A stretch of 64,000 bases of DNA from Eledone cirrhosa (taxonomy: Eukaryota). Positions 41,330 through 56,099 of this stretch are shown one piece after another. Below the pieces are notes generated by a model. That model had not been told where the DNA came from, searched no databases, and worked only from the letters and a program-made list of their open reading frames with translations. How positions within the stretch are numbered: the stretch's first letter is position 1; the number at the start of each line of letters is the position of its first letter. A program made the position numbers and the translations under genes. The stretch lies in contig OZ024746.1 in NCBI GenBank assembly GCA_964016885.1, positions 74,214,001-74,278,000 of the forward strand, in the 5' to 3' direction.

Positions 41330-41830
41330 TTGACGTTTAATCCAAGATCAATCCCGAGGAAGCAGATGTATAATCAAATGCGTTTCAATCAATATTATGG
41401 AATACTCTTTCCAGATATAGTATATCTAGGAATATAGCATGTCTTCTTCCTTTTTTATGACAATAATAGGAAAATTGAGAGAGAATTATCTGCTGTTTCA
41501 ATCGGATCAAGTAATTGCGTGAATGTTCCTCATTGATTAGCTCTTTAACCCCACCCCTCAAAAGAAATGTCGATAGGGGTGTGATTTAAGGGATATTTTT
41601 CTTCCCATTTACTATCAATTTGAACGACAAAATAAAGAATTTCTAATCGAATCATCTCCCTTTAAAATACATGATTTAGTGGTGTCTCTAGCAACTATAG
41701 AGTCCACACAAAGACTGCAATATTGGTTCGTTATTTCTTTTTGTTAAGGGATACAGGTGATTTAGGTAAATTGGTTGTTATTTCTAGAAAATTAATAGCA
41801 ACACAGCAGAAGGACCCTTCTTGGCTTATG
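41330..41830 (+). mobile_element. Old interspersed repeat fragments (SINE-like)
   Basis: Three diverged gatagggtgtgatttaaggga...gctatttctag-like segments, with related pieces near 46730-46800 (-) and 55640-55740. Confidence 0.4.
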
Positions 41831-42875
41831 ATCTATTTAGGTTATGTAATTCTCACACCTAGAGTAAAATTAATTCGAATATCTATATTTGATCAATAAA
41901 AATATTTTTAAAAAATACATCAATGTATACATTATCGTAGAAAATATCAATCTCTACCATTTCAGAATACTTTAAATATTTTATTTTGAAAATATGCCAC
42001 CATACTAACTGGAGAATAAACACAAGATATGTTCTGGTAATTATAAAACTTACATACAGCTTTCGAAAGTAGACAGAGTTAATAATAAATGGAAATCTTA
42101 CATTTTTATAATATATAAAATATAAAATGTGCTATTATAATATTTCTTTGTGGGATATTGATGCACTCAAAAAGTCGTACTTTACATTTCTAATGTTCAT
42201 TATGCAAGGTCAGGGACCTGATTGAATTTTACAAATGCGTAATCGCTTTTGTGCTGAGTTCATATTCCGCTCCGGTCAACATTGACTTACACATTCCTGG
42301 GTCCATAAAATGAAGAATGAAGCATGAAGTCAAGTGCTAGGGCTGATTTAAATCAACATTCCCCGTCCCAAAATTGCCAACATTGTTTCGATGTGATACA
42401 GAGTTATGAAGGTCCAATAATAATGGAACAATTTAAACTGAAACAAGAAAATTCAAATTGTAATAAAAAAAAAATGTTATGCATTTAATGTAAAGAAACC
42501 AGCAGATGAGTTTTGTTTGGATATGTTTGTATAGTATAGTCTTGTCGTGCGTTCTCACCTTAAAGATATTTGTATTCGATTTTGTTTTGATTTATTCAAT
42601 TATCTCTTTCTTCATTACTTTTATAGACATGCAAAGAGAATCAACTTATTTCTCTATATGAAGAATTATTACAAATATCGTCATATAGTAAGTAGTTTTT
42701 CACATTTGTATAATTGTAAAACTTATGATGAATGAGAATGAACTAGTCTGAGGAACGACCAGTTAAAACTCATAGAGTCATAATATACAAGACAAATTAT
42801 CTATAGTTTGAATTGCGTTACACACACGCACACAGATTTGTGATTATATATAAGTATGCATATATGTATATGTAT

Positions 42876-42945
<70 letters not shown>

Positions 42946-42950
<5 letters not shown>

Positions 42951-43126
42951 ATGGAAGCGGTAAAAAGCAGTTAGACCAATACTCGCCAGAGTATTCGATA
43001 CCTGGGGTAGTAGAGTGGGTAATATGAAAAATTCGGGTCCCCGACGGCTGAGCTCCTGCCCTTACAACAGTTAGATCCGAACTGTTGAAACGGTAGTAGC
43101 TCAGCCGTCGGGGGCCTGAATTTGTC

Positions 43127-43130
<4 letters not shown>
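42946..43130. mobile_element. Hairpin mini-element E
   Basis: atatgaaaattcgggtccccgacggctgagct pairs with agctcagccgtcgggggcctgaatttgtcatat around an inner caacagtt/aactgttg stem. Related copy at 50015-50140; microsatellite flanks. Confidence 0.7.
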
Positions 43131-43157
<27 letters not shown>

Positions 43158-43214
43158 TGTATGTATGTATGTATGTATGTATGTATGTATGTATGTGAGT
43201 GTATGTGTAAGAGT

Positions 43215-43380
43215 GTGTGAGACCATCTTAATTTCTATCGGTCACAAGTAATTTAGCGGTTTGACGAAAAGGTGATCAATAACATAAGCAGTGGGTTTCA
43301 TAATCAAATAAATCAAGGCTGCGGTCTATCATCGCCGCTCTCTAATGACTGAAACCAGTAAAAATATAAGAATAAGTGGA
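43215..43380 (+). mobile_element. 3' part of a further SINE family
   Basis: Ends taatgactgaaaccagtaaaaatataagaataag; a related end lies at 52840-52895. Confidence 0.45.
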
Positions 43381-43966
43381 TAAAAATATATACTCATAGA
43401 TATACATATATAACTGCATAATTGTATACAGTTATCAATGTACATATGTATACGTAAATGTGTGTATAGTATATGAACAAATAAAATCATTCTTAGATAT
43501 GTATATATGTCTGAGCGTTTAGATGCGAGTGTTTGTATGTAAAACTATATAAATATGTAGAAGAATGTATATTTATATATTGAAGAGACTCATAATCTAC
43601 ACATACACACATAAAAAGATACACACGTGTAATATATAGGTGTATATATCTGTGCACTTGTGTTTATGCATATGTGTGTCTGGATTTGTGATTATGTAAG
43701 TCTGGAAATGTCGGTATATACCAATATATGAATTTATGAATACAATATTCAAATATATAAGCATATACACACGAATGTACCTACTTTTATGGGAGAAATA
43801 TATAGTATAATTTATGTTTACACTTCTACATACATACACAAGTATTTCATACAATCACTCATATAAAATTACTCATATACATATCATGTATGAACATATA
43901 TATGTATAAAAATATGTATGTATAAACATCTATACCCCGACACACATACATATAGATACACACATG

Positions 43967-44043
<77 letters not shown>

Positions 44044-44857
44044 TCAGGCACACACACATACACACACACACACATATATATATATATTCATCAGATAAGT
44101 GCCATTGATAATAAATGTGTTTATATATTGAAGAACTTAACGTTATCTTTAACGCTTCTTAAGATATCCAACTTCCTTCATTTCTCTTTTCCCGTCCTTC
44201 TTTTCTTTCTTTCTTTCCAACTCATTTCATACCTTTTCTCTGACTTTCTGTCTATATTTCTTCCTCTCTTCTTTTCACATTCTCTCTCTTCGCTTCTTTT
44301 AATTTCTTTTTCTTTTCTCTATTTCTTAGTTTCACGTCAATGCAGTTTTCAACTACATTTCAAGAATAACACTTTGATAGAATATCGATTCTTCATTTAT
44401 TTTCGCAGATTGCCATCTTCTCATCAACGCTTTTTATCTACTCCAAGATTCTTATCTCTTCCGAGATTTTTCTTATTGCTAGCTGCCATCTTTAGGCATG
44501 TCAATATGGCCTCTGTTTGTTGAACTGAAGCTTTGAATCATAATTTAATCAATTGCCCAAGTATCAGAGTTCAGTTGCTAGGTTGCTACTATATAGCAAT
44601 ACTTTCCGTTTTAATCGCCAAAATCTTCTTCAAACGAAAGACAAATTACAGATGCAATTTGTAACTGTTCGCAGCTGAGCTGTATCTGTAAGTTCACATT
44701 AAGCTATATTTCAAAATCTGTATCATTTGGATTTTTTAAATTTATTTATTTATTTTATTTAAATAGGCAGAACATGTGGGATTTATCAGCAATGTAAATA
44801 AATGTGATCTATCTCGCCGTGTCCATGATTCCACTCTGAATTTAGTCATCACCACAT

Positions 44858-45032
44858 ATAGACAAGGTCAGCAATTATCCCAGTGCATTACTGGTACTTT
44901 ATTTTATCGACTCCGTAAGGATGAAAGGTAAAGTTAACCTCGGTGGGATTTGAACTCAGACCGTAAAGGTGCGTAACTCTATGCTGCAAAGCATGGCGTC
45001 CAGCCCTCTACCGATATTGCCAATCCACCGCC
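44858..45032 (-). mobile_element. Near full-length Deu/Nin-like SINE
   Basis: Reverse-complement match to the SINE consensus through ctctaccgatattgccaatccaccgcc. Confidence 0.9.
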
Positions 45033-47021
45033 ATGTTTCTTCTCAAAAATCTTTAGAAAATTGGATAATTTTTCCATAGCTCTTTCTACCTTAGAGTTTC
45101 TCCCTTTCAGTAGAAAGCCTGAATGATACTATAATCTAAGTAGTATTCCCTGGTAAGAAATGTGTAAGGCATCTTTGTAGTATATGAGAAACTTTCATAT
45201 TCCACAGTATCAATTGTCGTTAGCCTTGAACGATAAACTCGAAGAAGAAACTCTCACAGCCTGAACTTTGACCAAATAACAATATTTCATTCTACTGAAA
45301 TATAACTGTAACCCACTCATGTGAAACCATAAGACACACACATATGCGCGCGCGTATTAACAAAGGGTAGATGTGAATATTCCTGAGGGGTGCGCTCAGC
45401 ATGAACTGTATATATCCAAAGCAGACGAGTTTATGAATGTGACTCTCATACAAAAAATTCCTTGTAAATGTTTCAAATAGAAACAAATAAAAGTTACTAA
45501 ATTCTAGTGATCATAACCTCTTTTCAATCCCCATTGGTACCATATATATGAGTGGTTATGATATCATTTGGTGTGTAAGTATATCTCATCAACATTATCG
45601 ACATTGTCCTTGTACAATTATATGATGACATTGATGTGAACATCCCTTAGTTTACAATGGGTAACTTTACACACATTTCTTAAAGTGCATTTAAAGGTAT
45701 AAGTATTAAATAAGATATCTCTCATAGGAAAGGTGCTGAAACTTTACTATTCTAAATTGCACAGGCATAGACTGTAAGCAGTCAGAGAGAACAATCATTG
45801 TACTATCCTGTAAGATATGCAAACACATACCACAGAGACCAGGAGATAAGAATTAACTGCCTGACATTGTCATCAAATAAATACAGACCAGGACTTGTTC
45901 ACTGATTGATGTGGTGTGTCCATCTGATAAGAAAATATCAGTGAAACCGATAGGAAAAAAACCTATCCAAATAGAAGGATCTGGAAATAGAGATAAGGAA
46001 AATGTAGTTTTGAAAACGCAAGACTGTAGTTGACGTCCAAGCAGCATATCCAACTCTAACCAAATCAGAATACATGTATAGACATGACTAGACAGCATGC
46101 TATCTCTGCTAGAAAATATGCAATATGAATAGGAAAAAATCTCAACCGAGAAGTGATAAATGTTCAAATCAGAAACAGTGTGAGAAATCAATAACACCAT
46201 TCTTCTCTATAATATAATATTATGTAGACGATTGGGGAAGTTGTGGTTATGACAGTGGAACCAGGTTAACTGAAATTGTGGTAATGGTGTAGGTTGTATG
46301 ATGTAGAAATATATTAGGGAGTTCTTGTAGATTTCGATTTCAAGTCAAATGTGTTACTCTGAATTTAACAAACATTGACAAATATCACATTAGTGATTTC
46401 ATGGTATCAAATACATGTCTCACAGCAAAAGCATGTAAAAATATTAAATACTGTCGAGGCAAGAATGATAAAAATGATGATCAATTTTAGTAAAAAGGTG
46501 AATTACATGTATATAAAAGGACATGTAATGGCATATATACACCGAGGAAAATAAATGAAATAGAAAATTTAGTAATTCATAGGAATACGTGATATTAACA
46601 CACTTTTAATTTTATGGCTTACAAAGGTTAATTTTTGTATTGGAATTTTAGAGACATCGTCAGCAGATGGTTTTTGAAACTTAAGGCCTTCGAAATTTCT
46701 TGCGTATGCGAGGAATTCCAACCTTCATTATGCAGTCGCTCTACTTGCTGACAATAGTGGCCAAATCTTTCTCGAACTACGTCCAACTATATTTAAATGA
46801 GAATATATTATATGCCATAGTTCGTCTGTAAAAATTACATAATGGACAAGTTTAAAACACCTTTGGTCATAGTCGCCCTTCGTTTAGTGCAGCACATCAC
46901 AGTTAAACAAAAACAACGTGTCACTTTATATATATATATATAAATATGTGTGTGTGTGTGTGTGAGTTTGTGGGTGTGTGTGCGTGTTTGTGTGTATATA
47001 TATATTTTTTTTTGGGGTGGG

Positions 47022-47180
47022 GACTTTGCTTCGTAGAATCGAAACGTATCTGAGGACCTTACGATTTCAGAGTCAGGTTCGATCATTACATCGATCGTGC
47101 CTCGAGCTGGTCGCCAGAGAAACGATTGTAATATGTCTAATAAATGTTATTCTTCGCAACACCGATTCTCGGTTTCGTAT

Positions 47181-47185
<5 letters not shown>
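47022..47185 (+). mobile_element. Mini-element D with type I hammerhead
   Basis: ACGTAT-CTGAGGA (47050-47056)...GAAA (47119-47122)-CGATT-GTA-ATATGT, followed by AATAAA. Homologous to both arms at 61073-61399. Confidence 0.75.
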
Positions 47186-47227
<42 letters not shown>

Positions 47228-47470
47228 GGAAAGTTATATTTAAATTGTTGGGTTACAACTAGTAAATATTTATAACTGATATAAAAGCACTCGACAAGTA
47301 TTTGGAGTATATTTACGATATTAAATAAATGGAAACTACATTTATAAAACCATATTTATTTCATTATATATATTTCAGGGATATCATATTAACAATATGC
47401 TATGCCTTCCTCAGACAAAATACAATATAAACAGTTTTATAGATAAATAGATTTGACATACCGTACAACA
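47228..47470 (-). mobile_element. Mini-element A copy 2 with hammerhead
   Basis: Reverse complement of 13440-13680. The minus strand reads CTGAGGA (47408-47414)...GAAA-TATATA. Confidence 0.8.
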
Positions 47471-48829
47471 TCGACTTGTATTTGAAAAGTTGAATTGGCA
47501 GTGAAAAAATTGTACACAGAGAGAAAGAAAGAGAGAAAAAAGGAAAGAAAGACAGAAAACGAAGAAAAAGAAGAAAAAGAAGAAAAAGAAGAAATGCATG
47601 GAACAAAATAGAGAGATGGAAAGATAGATAAAGAGAAGAACTTCATGTAAAGAAACAGAGAGAGATATATATATATAGAGAGAGGAAATAGAGATAGATA
47701 TATATATAGAAAACTAGGTAGTGGGACATCCGTTGAGTAGACGTATCAATGATACATTTATTTATTTATTTATTTATTTAGCTCTAGTATTAATGTAAGG
47801 GAGATATATGTGGTTAGGAGAGAAACCAGCTGTTATATATAGAGAAAAATTAAAAGTAACCAGACATAGGAGAGGCATAAAAACCCTATGTTTTAATGTA
47901 GAGGTATTAGTATGTATAAAAACCAGCCACTATATTGTAAATATCAGTATTCCTGAATGAGACATGTATCCATAATGTGTGAAAAGTAATGATCTTATGT
48001 TTAGTTTTTAAAAAAAATTCATATGTTTATGTGATAACTACAAACATCTATGTGAATTTACATGATCAACTCTGCAAACCCTAGGTTCACGGAAAACATT
48101 CTCATTGTGCTATAAAAATTTAAGTATACATATATGTGTATATATATACACACATATATATATAGAGTCTATATTACTACTATTCTTGTCTTTACTCTAC
48201 AAGATTATCTATCAAGCAGAAATAGAGAGCAGATTTCAATATATTAATAAAAAAATATATATCAGAAACAAAAACCAAAAAATAACAATAATAATAATAA
48301 TAATAAATAATAATAAAATAGAAAACTAAAAAGAAAACTAAAAATTTTTGTTTTTTTTATCTTACAGCGGAATTTCAAAAGAAACTTTAATTCCTTACAT
48401 CCGGCAGTCAGTATATTACACTTTAACTTATTTATTTAATAATATCATGTCACTTACAAACATGCGCTAAATTGATATTCCATGGTCGATCATTTTGTCT
48501 TTCCTTCGTTGGGGAGCGAATCAGAAATTACCAGTCCAGGTTGATGTAAGAACAGCGTTGTCAGACTGGATCATTGATATTAATTGTTCCAGCTATTTTC
48601 ATTCTGTACTTAAAATTTCATGTAAATCCCTGGTCCTGGGAACCCGATTACTTATAAAATTTGCAATCTCTGGAAGTGGAATGTAAACGACTGGAGAGGA
48701 ACGAAAATCTCAAAAATCATTTTAAAGAGAATTTAATGTTTTCGAATATGAAAATAGCTACCATCTATTTATCTTATAATGCATACCTAACATTGATTAA
48801 GATTAAACCTGATAATGTTTTTACTCTCT

Positions 48830-49190
48830 ACAAAAGGTAAGATAGAGCTGGATGTCGATACATATTTGGAACAGTGTTGTTGGTAAACAGCTTACTCGTG
48901 GACACACTCTTTATGCATCCTACATATTTCACCGTTACTACAACGGCTACAACTTCACCGCAGTAACATATTAGATGCAGCATACAGTTAGGGCCACTAA
49001 AGAGAGTAATCTCTTTACTACTTTCTTCCGTTATTTTTACTGTGCCTCCATCGCACATCGTGCAATGAATAGCTCTTCTTGCCCTTTCCTTCCAAAACTG
49101 CTATCTAGTGGAATTTTCTTCACACCCGAATTTCTCTTATTGCCATTGATTGCGGATGTTCAATCCGAATGTAAAATTCATCCATCGTAC
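48830..49190 (+). mobile_element. Degenerate CR1-group LINE 3' end
   Basis: Frameshifted IFHRYYNG and FLPKTAI*WN motifs, similar to LFYRYYxG...FFPRTxxLWN. Confidence 0.45.
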
Positions 49191-49822
49191 CAGTCTAAAA
49201 CAATTATGGGTAATCCCACCCGCCTCTTTTAGATATCTGGCTATAAAGATAAAGAGAGAAAACATGGATCTCGTAAGTACTTAGTCAGTCGTCACTTGAA
49301 ACACTTTACACTCAGTAACATTGGTATCATTGTTCCATTACTTTAGCTCAAAATGTTTAATACTGGTAGATTTATTTTTTAGGGAAATTGTCTTTCCCAC
49401 ACTATCTGTTCTGAGAAGTTGCCTCGTCAGTCCCAAGTATGTGATATCTGCTTCACACTCTTCGTTATCTTCGAGCTAGAAATACTTCCCCAGGAATAAC
49501 TCTAAAGGAGGCATTTCAAGATAATACAGAATTTCCTAAATTTATCTCATGCTTTTTATTTGAACTGTGTTTAGTTTCTAATGTCCGTTAAATAAGTATC
49601 ATCATTATTATTGCTATCTTTTCCGATATCGTCAGTTTTATCGTCTTTTTCTACTTTTCAGTGTTTTGTTACTGATACATTAGAGTCGTCTGCTCTCATC
49701 GTAATTGTAAGGTGTATTTAGTTTCTTGCTGATTTTGTGTTAGATAATAATCCAATCCCAAGTGATGCCCTTCCATGACGTCCGGTCGGACTACCCGCAA
49801 AACTCCACTTTGGTAACACTGA

Positions 49823-49874
<52 letters not shown>

Positions 49875-49875
<1 letters not shown>

Positions 49876-49979
49876 AGTCGATCGACAAGATCCCAGACCT
49901 CATTGACTTAAAGATTGGGGTGGAGCTCCTCAAATCGGACCGAGAAAACAATTTTTCCATTGGTCTTTCCAATTGCTAA

Positions 49980-49985
<6 letters not shown>
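49875..49985 (-). repeat. Unclassified repeat 'family X' copy 3
   Basis: gtcgatcgacaagatcccag...agattggggtggagctcctcaaa...ttccattggtctttccaattgcta, between (TA)n tracts. Confidence 0.6.
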
Positions 49986-50014
<29 letters not shown>

Positions 50015-50015
<1 letters not shown>

Positions 50016-50140
50016 CGAAGGAGGTGTGATAAGGAACCAGTACACAATACTCAGGGTAGTAGAGTGGGTAATAGGAAAATGTCAGAAATAGCCGTCGAAA
50101 CGGCTTGAGCTCTGCCGTCGGGGTCTAACATTTTCCTATA
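50015..50140. mobile_element. Mini-element E copy 2 (internally deleted)
   Basis: Shares gggtagtagagtgggtaata.gaaaat and agctc.gccgtcgggg with 42946-43130; (TA)n flanks. Confidence 0.65.
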
Positions 50141-53100
50141 TATATATGAGTATCAGTGTGTGGGCTAGTACATCCGCGTGTGCGTGCATCACCAATACTA
50201 CAGCCACCAACGCCACAACCACTCCCTCCGTACGGGCCTGACTCCCTCACGCCAGCTTTCTCCTACTCCTATCACACACTCCTTCAGCCTCCGTCCCCTA
50301 CATTCTATCTGACCGCAGAATATAACACCCAACCAACCCACCCCGCCCCCTTGTTCTTCTTTAGAACTCTGCTACGAACATCGCCCACACACTAACACAT
50401 ACACATACACACACACACATACGCGCGCGCGCACCCTGACATTTCCTGCAACCACCCACAATTCTTTTGTTCTATTTTACTACGGCCATTCCCTACTTTG
50501 GACTTTCCAAACTGGATTCTATCCCACTCGGATTCAATCTACCTGAATTCTACCCGGTCCATGCATACTAGACTCGAAAACCCACCCCACTACTTACGTA
50601 CACACATACGCACAAGCGCGCACACACGTATACACGTATACATGCAACCACACAATACACACCAACAATCACGCATCCTTCTCTGCCAAACACACATACT
50701 TGCATACATACGCTCACATGTATGTATGAATACACACCCCCACTAACAACACACTTAACACCCACACACGCGCAAACGCATCATAATGTGCAACCCACTT
50801 ACACACACTCACCCATTGTACGTCTGCCATCCTCACCCCGACCATAACCTGCATCCCGGACCACTTCACCATCAACCTCTGCTACCCCCCTCTCCTTGAT
50901 CCCAGAGTATTAAGACATAAATCGGTTGTTTTAATATATTGTGTTTTAATATATAGATTCGCCTGCGCAGCTCCGTAAGCCATGTAGTTCTAAACTGTGA
51001 ATAGACTTTGAGTATTTGTTTATCCTGTATTGTGTGATTACTGTAAAATATCATTAGAACATCTGAGATCTAGCGTGAAAAGTATTGTTGTTAAGGTTGA
51101 TTGCTTTTGCTGAGCGGTGATCCTGCCCACCAATGATGAAATTTTCTAGCAGATGTAACACTCGTGTCATTTTATCGTATATATGTAGAAGTACATAATC
51201 CCTTTTTTTATGATTTCAGATGGCATTTAATGTTTTTTTGTGTTTGTTATTTTTCGAGCTTATTCTGAGCTGTTTATTTTTCAATATAGAAATAATAAAA
51301 AAAAAAGGGAGAGCAAAGAAAAGGAATGAAAGAATAGGGAAATATATAAAAATAAATATAGTAAATAAAAGGAGTGAAAGAAAGAAGAAAAAGATCGGAA
51401 GGGGATGGGATGGCAAGAGCTGTGGTGTCGCAGAAGAGAGGGGGAGGGGCGAAGGGGGTGATTGGTTTTGGGCCTAGGGCAAGAGGCCAGAAGTGCTGCG
51501 TCCCACTAAGAAGACGGCAAAAGCATTCCCCCAGACGATGTCCAGTGACACCCGCTGCAACAGCCACCCAACCTCGCGGGGCTCCCTAATCAATAGATCT
51601 AGCAATAATACGACATCTATTCATTTACTGTTTTCAGTCATTAGACTGCAGCTATATATGAACATTTCATTACCCATGTCTTACTATTTCAATTCTTCCC
51701 CTGTTGAATTTGTTGTTATTGATTTCGTCGATTTCATATCTATCTACTTTTTTTTTTTTCTTCTTCTTCTTCTTCTTCTTCTTCTTCTTCTTCTTCTTCT
51801 TCTTCTTTCATTCATTCCTTCCTTCCTTCCTTCCTTCCTTCCTTCCTTCATTCCTTTCTTCCCCTCCTACTCTTCGTTTTTCTTTCCTGCCACCTCTAAC
51901 GTCATTTCTCTAGTTGATGGATCACTTTCCAGTGCCAGGCCAGACTCATGTCTCCATATTCCGATATCAACTGATAATCACGAGTATTTGATGGTTGAGA
52001 GAAAGGGGTAGGATGACACATACAATGTGGAGTAGGGGGAAAAGAACTATCCCCAATTTCTCTAATCAGATGACCGCCCATGAGGGCAGTTTATATCTTT
52101 CTCGACTCCCTTCATCACGATGTTGATATTTTGTTTTATCATTAACGGAGAAATCCCTCAAACATAAAAGAAACAAAAGCACACAGTAAACATTTTCAAC
52201 AACATCATGAAGTTAGACAACTCCACCCTTATTTACAGAGGTACGAAGATAAAACAAACACGAACAGTAAAAATATATTTTGATTAAGTCAGTTATGTAT
52301 ATTTTTCAATGGTGTGGAAGGAGCGGCGAACTGATTATTGTTGATTGAGTATCAAATCTACGGTGTGAAAAATACAAAACAAAAAATAATTCGTGGTTTT
52401 CTCGTGTTGCATGGGTAATTGATAGTGACTTAAACTGACGATAATACTGCATAATATTAACATTATCGATATAGAATTTTACAATATCATTTTTAGTTTT
52501 TTGTAATATTTCATTTGAAAGATATTAACATCTGTAATCTCTATTAACATAAAATCATTTCGTGATACGTAACCTCTTAAACCTTGATTTTTAATGGATT
52601 AGGCTCAACATTCTTTTGTTACACTTGCGGGAAACATATTTAGCATTACTGTTGACATACATTTTGGAATCAATTATCGTAAGTTTCAATTTGATATGTA
52701 TACTGTTAAAGACCATGTTGTTAATGGATTTACCACTTCATTTTCTTTCTTTTTTAATGTTATCTAGATGTTATATATATATATACATATAAATATATAT
52801 ATATAAATATATATATACATATATAAATATATCTATATCTGTGCCTCAGCATGACCTCAGCCGGATGGCTAGAACAGGTAAAAGAGTAAAAGAGTATGTA
52901 TGTGTGTGTGGGTGCGTGTGTGTTAAAGAAACACGCATTTTCATCTATTCGTTTATTTGTTATTTAAACCTATCCCAAATTTGATTGAATATATCTATGC
53001 TCGAAGATTTCCTAGTCGTGATCAGTTTGAATTTCTTTAGCTGTAGTGTATCTCTATTTCTAAATACACTGACGCGTAATGGGGGAGGGGGGATTTAACC

Positions 53101-53409
53101 GACATTCTTCGACAGTCTAGTTCCTAAATGTTTACAATGTTTCCCCATCCATACGCCTATTTTTTTTTTCGAAATATCTCTTGGCAATTTGACTGAATTT
53201 TGAAATCCTTAAAAAAATGAAATGATTTAAATAAAATGGATAATGTATTATATTTTGACGATATACATGTACATTATCTGAAATTCCTTTTTTTTTAATA
53301 AGTTTACAATTCTTAACTTTGTAGAGTTAGGGTTAGGGATAGATCTACTTATTGTAGATTCAATCAGCGGCAATTCATTAATTGGAACCAAATGAGATTT
53401 GAACTCATT

Positions 53410-53525
53410 ATTCTGAATCTCGCCGAGGTTAACTTTGCCTTTCATGTTTACGGGGTCGATAAAATAAAGTACCAGTAATGTACTGGATAATTGCTGGCCT
53501 TGTGCCTAAAGTAGAAACAATTATT
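53410..53525 (+). mobile_element. 5'-truncated Deu/Nin-like SINE
   Basis: cgccgaggttaactttgcctttcat...gtagaaacaattatt. Confidence 0.85.
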
Positions 53526-53886
53526 CTGAGGGAAATTCAGCTAGAGAATAAACTGTACAATATGATGTCCAGCTATTTGTGGGCTCTTCATGGTTAGATA
53601 TCTTGAAGATGTTGTTAACAATACACAGCTTGATATGATGACCTGCTAAGCACAACATGAGTTTGGTGATTAAATAGACATAACTTATAAATGCCACTAG
53701 ATAAGACTCAATCTGCAGATATCGAATAGACGAGTAGTCAGAGATGCCAACTAGATGGAATTTCTATTTCTTTCTATGTATCTATCCATTCATCTATCCC
53801 TCTATCTATCTGTATTAAATAATTTATTTCTTTATTTTAATCTTTCCTTCTCGCTCCTTTTATTTATCATTATCCCCCCCCCCTCC

Positions 53887-54082
53887 AAAGGCGATGGATT
53901 GGCAGTATCGGTAGAGGGTCGGACTCCATGCTTTGCAGCATAGAGTTACGCCCCTTTGCGGTCTGAGTTCAAATCCCGCCGAGGTTGACTTTGCCTTTCA
54001 TCCTTAAGGGGTCGATAAAATAAAGTACCAGTAATGCACTGAGGTAATTGCTCGCCTTGTGCCAAATGTAGAAACAATTATT
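53887..54082 (+). mobile_element. Full-length Deu/Nin-like SINE
   Basis: aaggcgatggattggcagtatcggtagag...gagttcaaatcccgccgagg...gtagaaacaattatt. Confidence 0.9.
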
Positions 54083-56099
54083 TTCCTCCCTCATTCATTC
54101 TTTTCACTTTCATTGAATCTCCCCACTCTCTCTCTTTCTCATACTAATTCCCGGATGCTTGGTTTGATTGTGTGCTTTTATTTAGATGTGGTCCCAGTAT
54201 GTATGTAAAACTGTAACGTGGTGTTAGATATGGAAACAGTACTGCATTGTAAATCTCATCACAGCTTCTTAGATTGTGAGTAGGTTTGGACAGCTGAAGT
54301 ATTTTGTGAGCTCGAAGAAGCCCTGGTTGTATAACGCAGCCATTGCCAAGTTGACTATGTGCATTCATCATGTTAAATCCTTATTTCTTGTGAAACTGTC
54401 CAGGAAATTAGTTTTTCTTGGAAATTAGTTATTAGCATATTGTAAATATTGCCATTGGATCCAAAATGGGCGTAAATATGGAGGCTTTCTTTGCATACAG
54501 AACCACCATGGATGAAGAGTGGAATAAAGTGTTCATGCCATTATTAAGTAATATAGCATTTAAAGTCAAAAGAATAGAATATAACTATAATGCTAGAAGT
54601 TAAAATGAAATATCTACACCCAACAGGTGTTGAAGGAGTCAGGAACACAGAGACAATATAATTATTCCTAAGCATGTTTATAATGTTTACTATCACATTA
54701 TTGGTCAAACTAAAAAATAATTTTAAAATAAACTCTATGCGTAAGATTTATTTTTGTTATTCTTTCACAAAGTGTTTAGTTTTACTGCTGCTTTCAAATA
54801 TTATATTAAATACAATGAACCTGGATGTAGATTTTCTTGTTTTATCCATCTACTGTCCTTTGCATTTGAATCGGTGTATCCATATATCTCACTGATAACG
54901 TCAATTCAATCAGCATTTCTAATCTTGCTGGGTGTTTGCTTATTATATTGACATGATTAAACTGACATTCATTTCTATGTCACTCTATATATTTATGTAT
55001 CCCTGAGGATAAGAAGGTATTATTGTCTCTCTCTGTTTCTCCTCCATTCAGTTAGAATTTTACTGATGCCGTCTTTTAATTCAATTCTTGTTACATATTT
55101 GATTGCATCTTCGATAACTTGCCAAATCTCCTAATATATTCTGATTCAATTCCTGTTAGACATGGCGGCATAAATTATACGGAACTGATTCCATACCCCC
55201 CTATCTGAAGACGCATTAAATATGTATCTACAAAGATTGCCATCATGTGTCAATCCTGGTTGGCAGAATTATTTCAAGTAAGCATCAAATTAATTTGCAG
55301 TATATACAGATAATAATGCGTCATATATATCAATAATTATTTGTATATATCATTAAGGATAATTAATCATGTGCCTACATTATCATAAATTAAATTCGAT
55401 GAATTTAATGCATATTTTCTATATGCTATGAAGTGGAATCTTTCCATATATGTACGTCATCAAAGTCGATAGAATATTAACAGAATAGTTGTAATAAAAT
55501 GTACATGTATTTTCTTAAGTTTGATATTTAAGTTGTTCTAATATTGGAGAACTATGTGCATAGTATATTATGTTACAAACCGGTTCAAGCTTAACACAGC
55601 ATGTTGTCTTTGAAATTGTTTTATGTATATCACCGAGTCAGTTCTATTCCAGTTGATCTACTCAAGATGACTATCAGAAGTATGATATCTTCCATAGCCT
55701 ATCTAGGACTACATTATCCAACGTGTTCATAATTTTATAAAACAGTAAGTTGTGTTTTCTAACAAGTCACGGAAAAACATGAATATGTAATCTAACAGGC
55801 CACCCGACCACATGTAGGTGATCCATTGACAGATTTTACGAAACGTAGGTTTCTTGTATGTACAAACTCTGTGGTAGTATAAGTGAACACGTAACAGATA
55901 TATGGCACGAACAAGGTTTTAGATGTCTTGTTATCGAACACTGTTGGGAGTAAACACCACATGGTAACAGCAACAGTCTCATTCAGGCTGTGACGCCCGA
56001 AATTGTTCTGGCAAGCACTCACAGATGATCCTGCTCTGGCCGATGCTAATGATGATTTCATTTCATCGTGTTTCAGTCATTTACCTGCAGCTGACCAGG

